Shown: in pieces, positions 45,001-45,321 of the stretch
Layout: every line of letters starts with the position of its first letter
Numbering within the stretch: the stretch's first letter is position 1
Assembly: GCA_002256025.1 (NCBI GenBank)
Contig: NKIB01014275.1
Location: 1-45,321, forward strand
DNA from: Asterionella formosa
Lineage: Eukaryota
DNA length: 45,321 nt
Reading direction: 5' to 3'
Notes under the pieces: generated by a model
The model's database searches: none
What the model was told of the DNA's origin: nothing
The model's input: only the letters and a program-made list of their open reading frames with translations
Position numbers and translations under genes: made by a program

Positions 45001-45321
45001 AGAAAAAAACAAAGGGCATGAGTGAATCATGGGACATGAAACTTCCACCCGGTATATCTTAGAAGTATTTTAGGGTACGCCAGTTCCAGATACCCTGGGG
45101 TCATTTATTCAGGACCCATCATGCCAACTCATATTTTCTTGTTTCCTCCCAAGATCGAAACCTAAATGAATTTGTCATTCGGTTATTAAATACGAACGAT
45201 ATGTGACAAACCAATTTGTCCGATTGATTCGTTCGACCACTCAAAACTGCACAGAAACAAATCTGCAAGCGATTGGCAGAAGGAGGGGAAAGTCCACCGA
45301 GCAAAATTAACACCCTGTGGT

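Noticed and set aside
44643..45048. Short ORFs in the GGTACC tract, or a CRISPR-like array
   Set aside because: Low-complexity artefacts; there is no regular repeat-spacer structure.

Overview
Eukaryotic nuclear DNA, most likely a diatom (inferred from the CoDi-type copia element, a bipartite plastid-targeting motif and intron-poor genes). The left ~22 kb is transposon-derived: a nearly full-length, disabled Ty1/copia LTR retrotransposon (1-5471), a decayed Ty3/gypsy pol, DDE-transposase remnants, an interstitial telomeric tract, and one intact FkbM-like methyltransferase gene. The right ~23 kb is a compact block of apparently intronless genes: DNA ligase I, a GT32 glycosyltransferase, a SpoU methyltransferase, a large unknown protein, RlmN, IMP4, TRM8, a Cys-rich repeat surface protein and an EGF-repeat membrane protein. 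The most striking signal is in the copia element. It has no tRNA-type primer-binding site; instead the 12 nt right after the 5' LTR are the exact reverse complement of nt 38-49 of the LTR, the geometry of Tf1-type tRNA-independent self-priming, here in a copia element. The same element joins gag to pol through a single in-frame UGA followed by a stem-loop (candidate readthrough) and carries telomere-like repeats inside pol. All calls are by eye; no searches were run.
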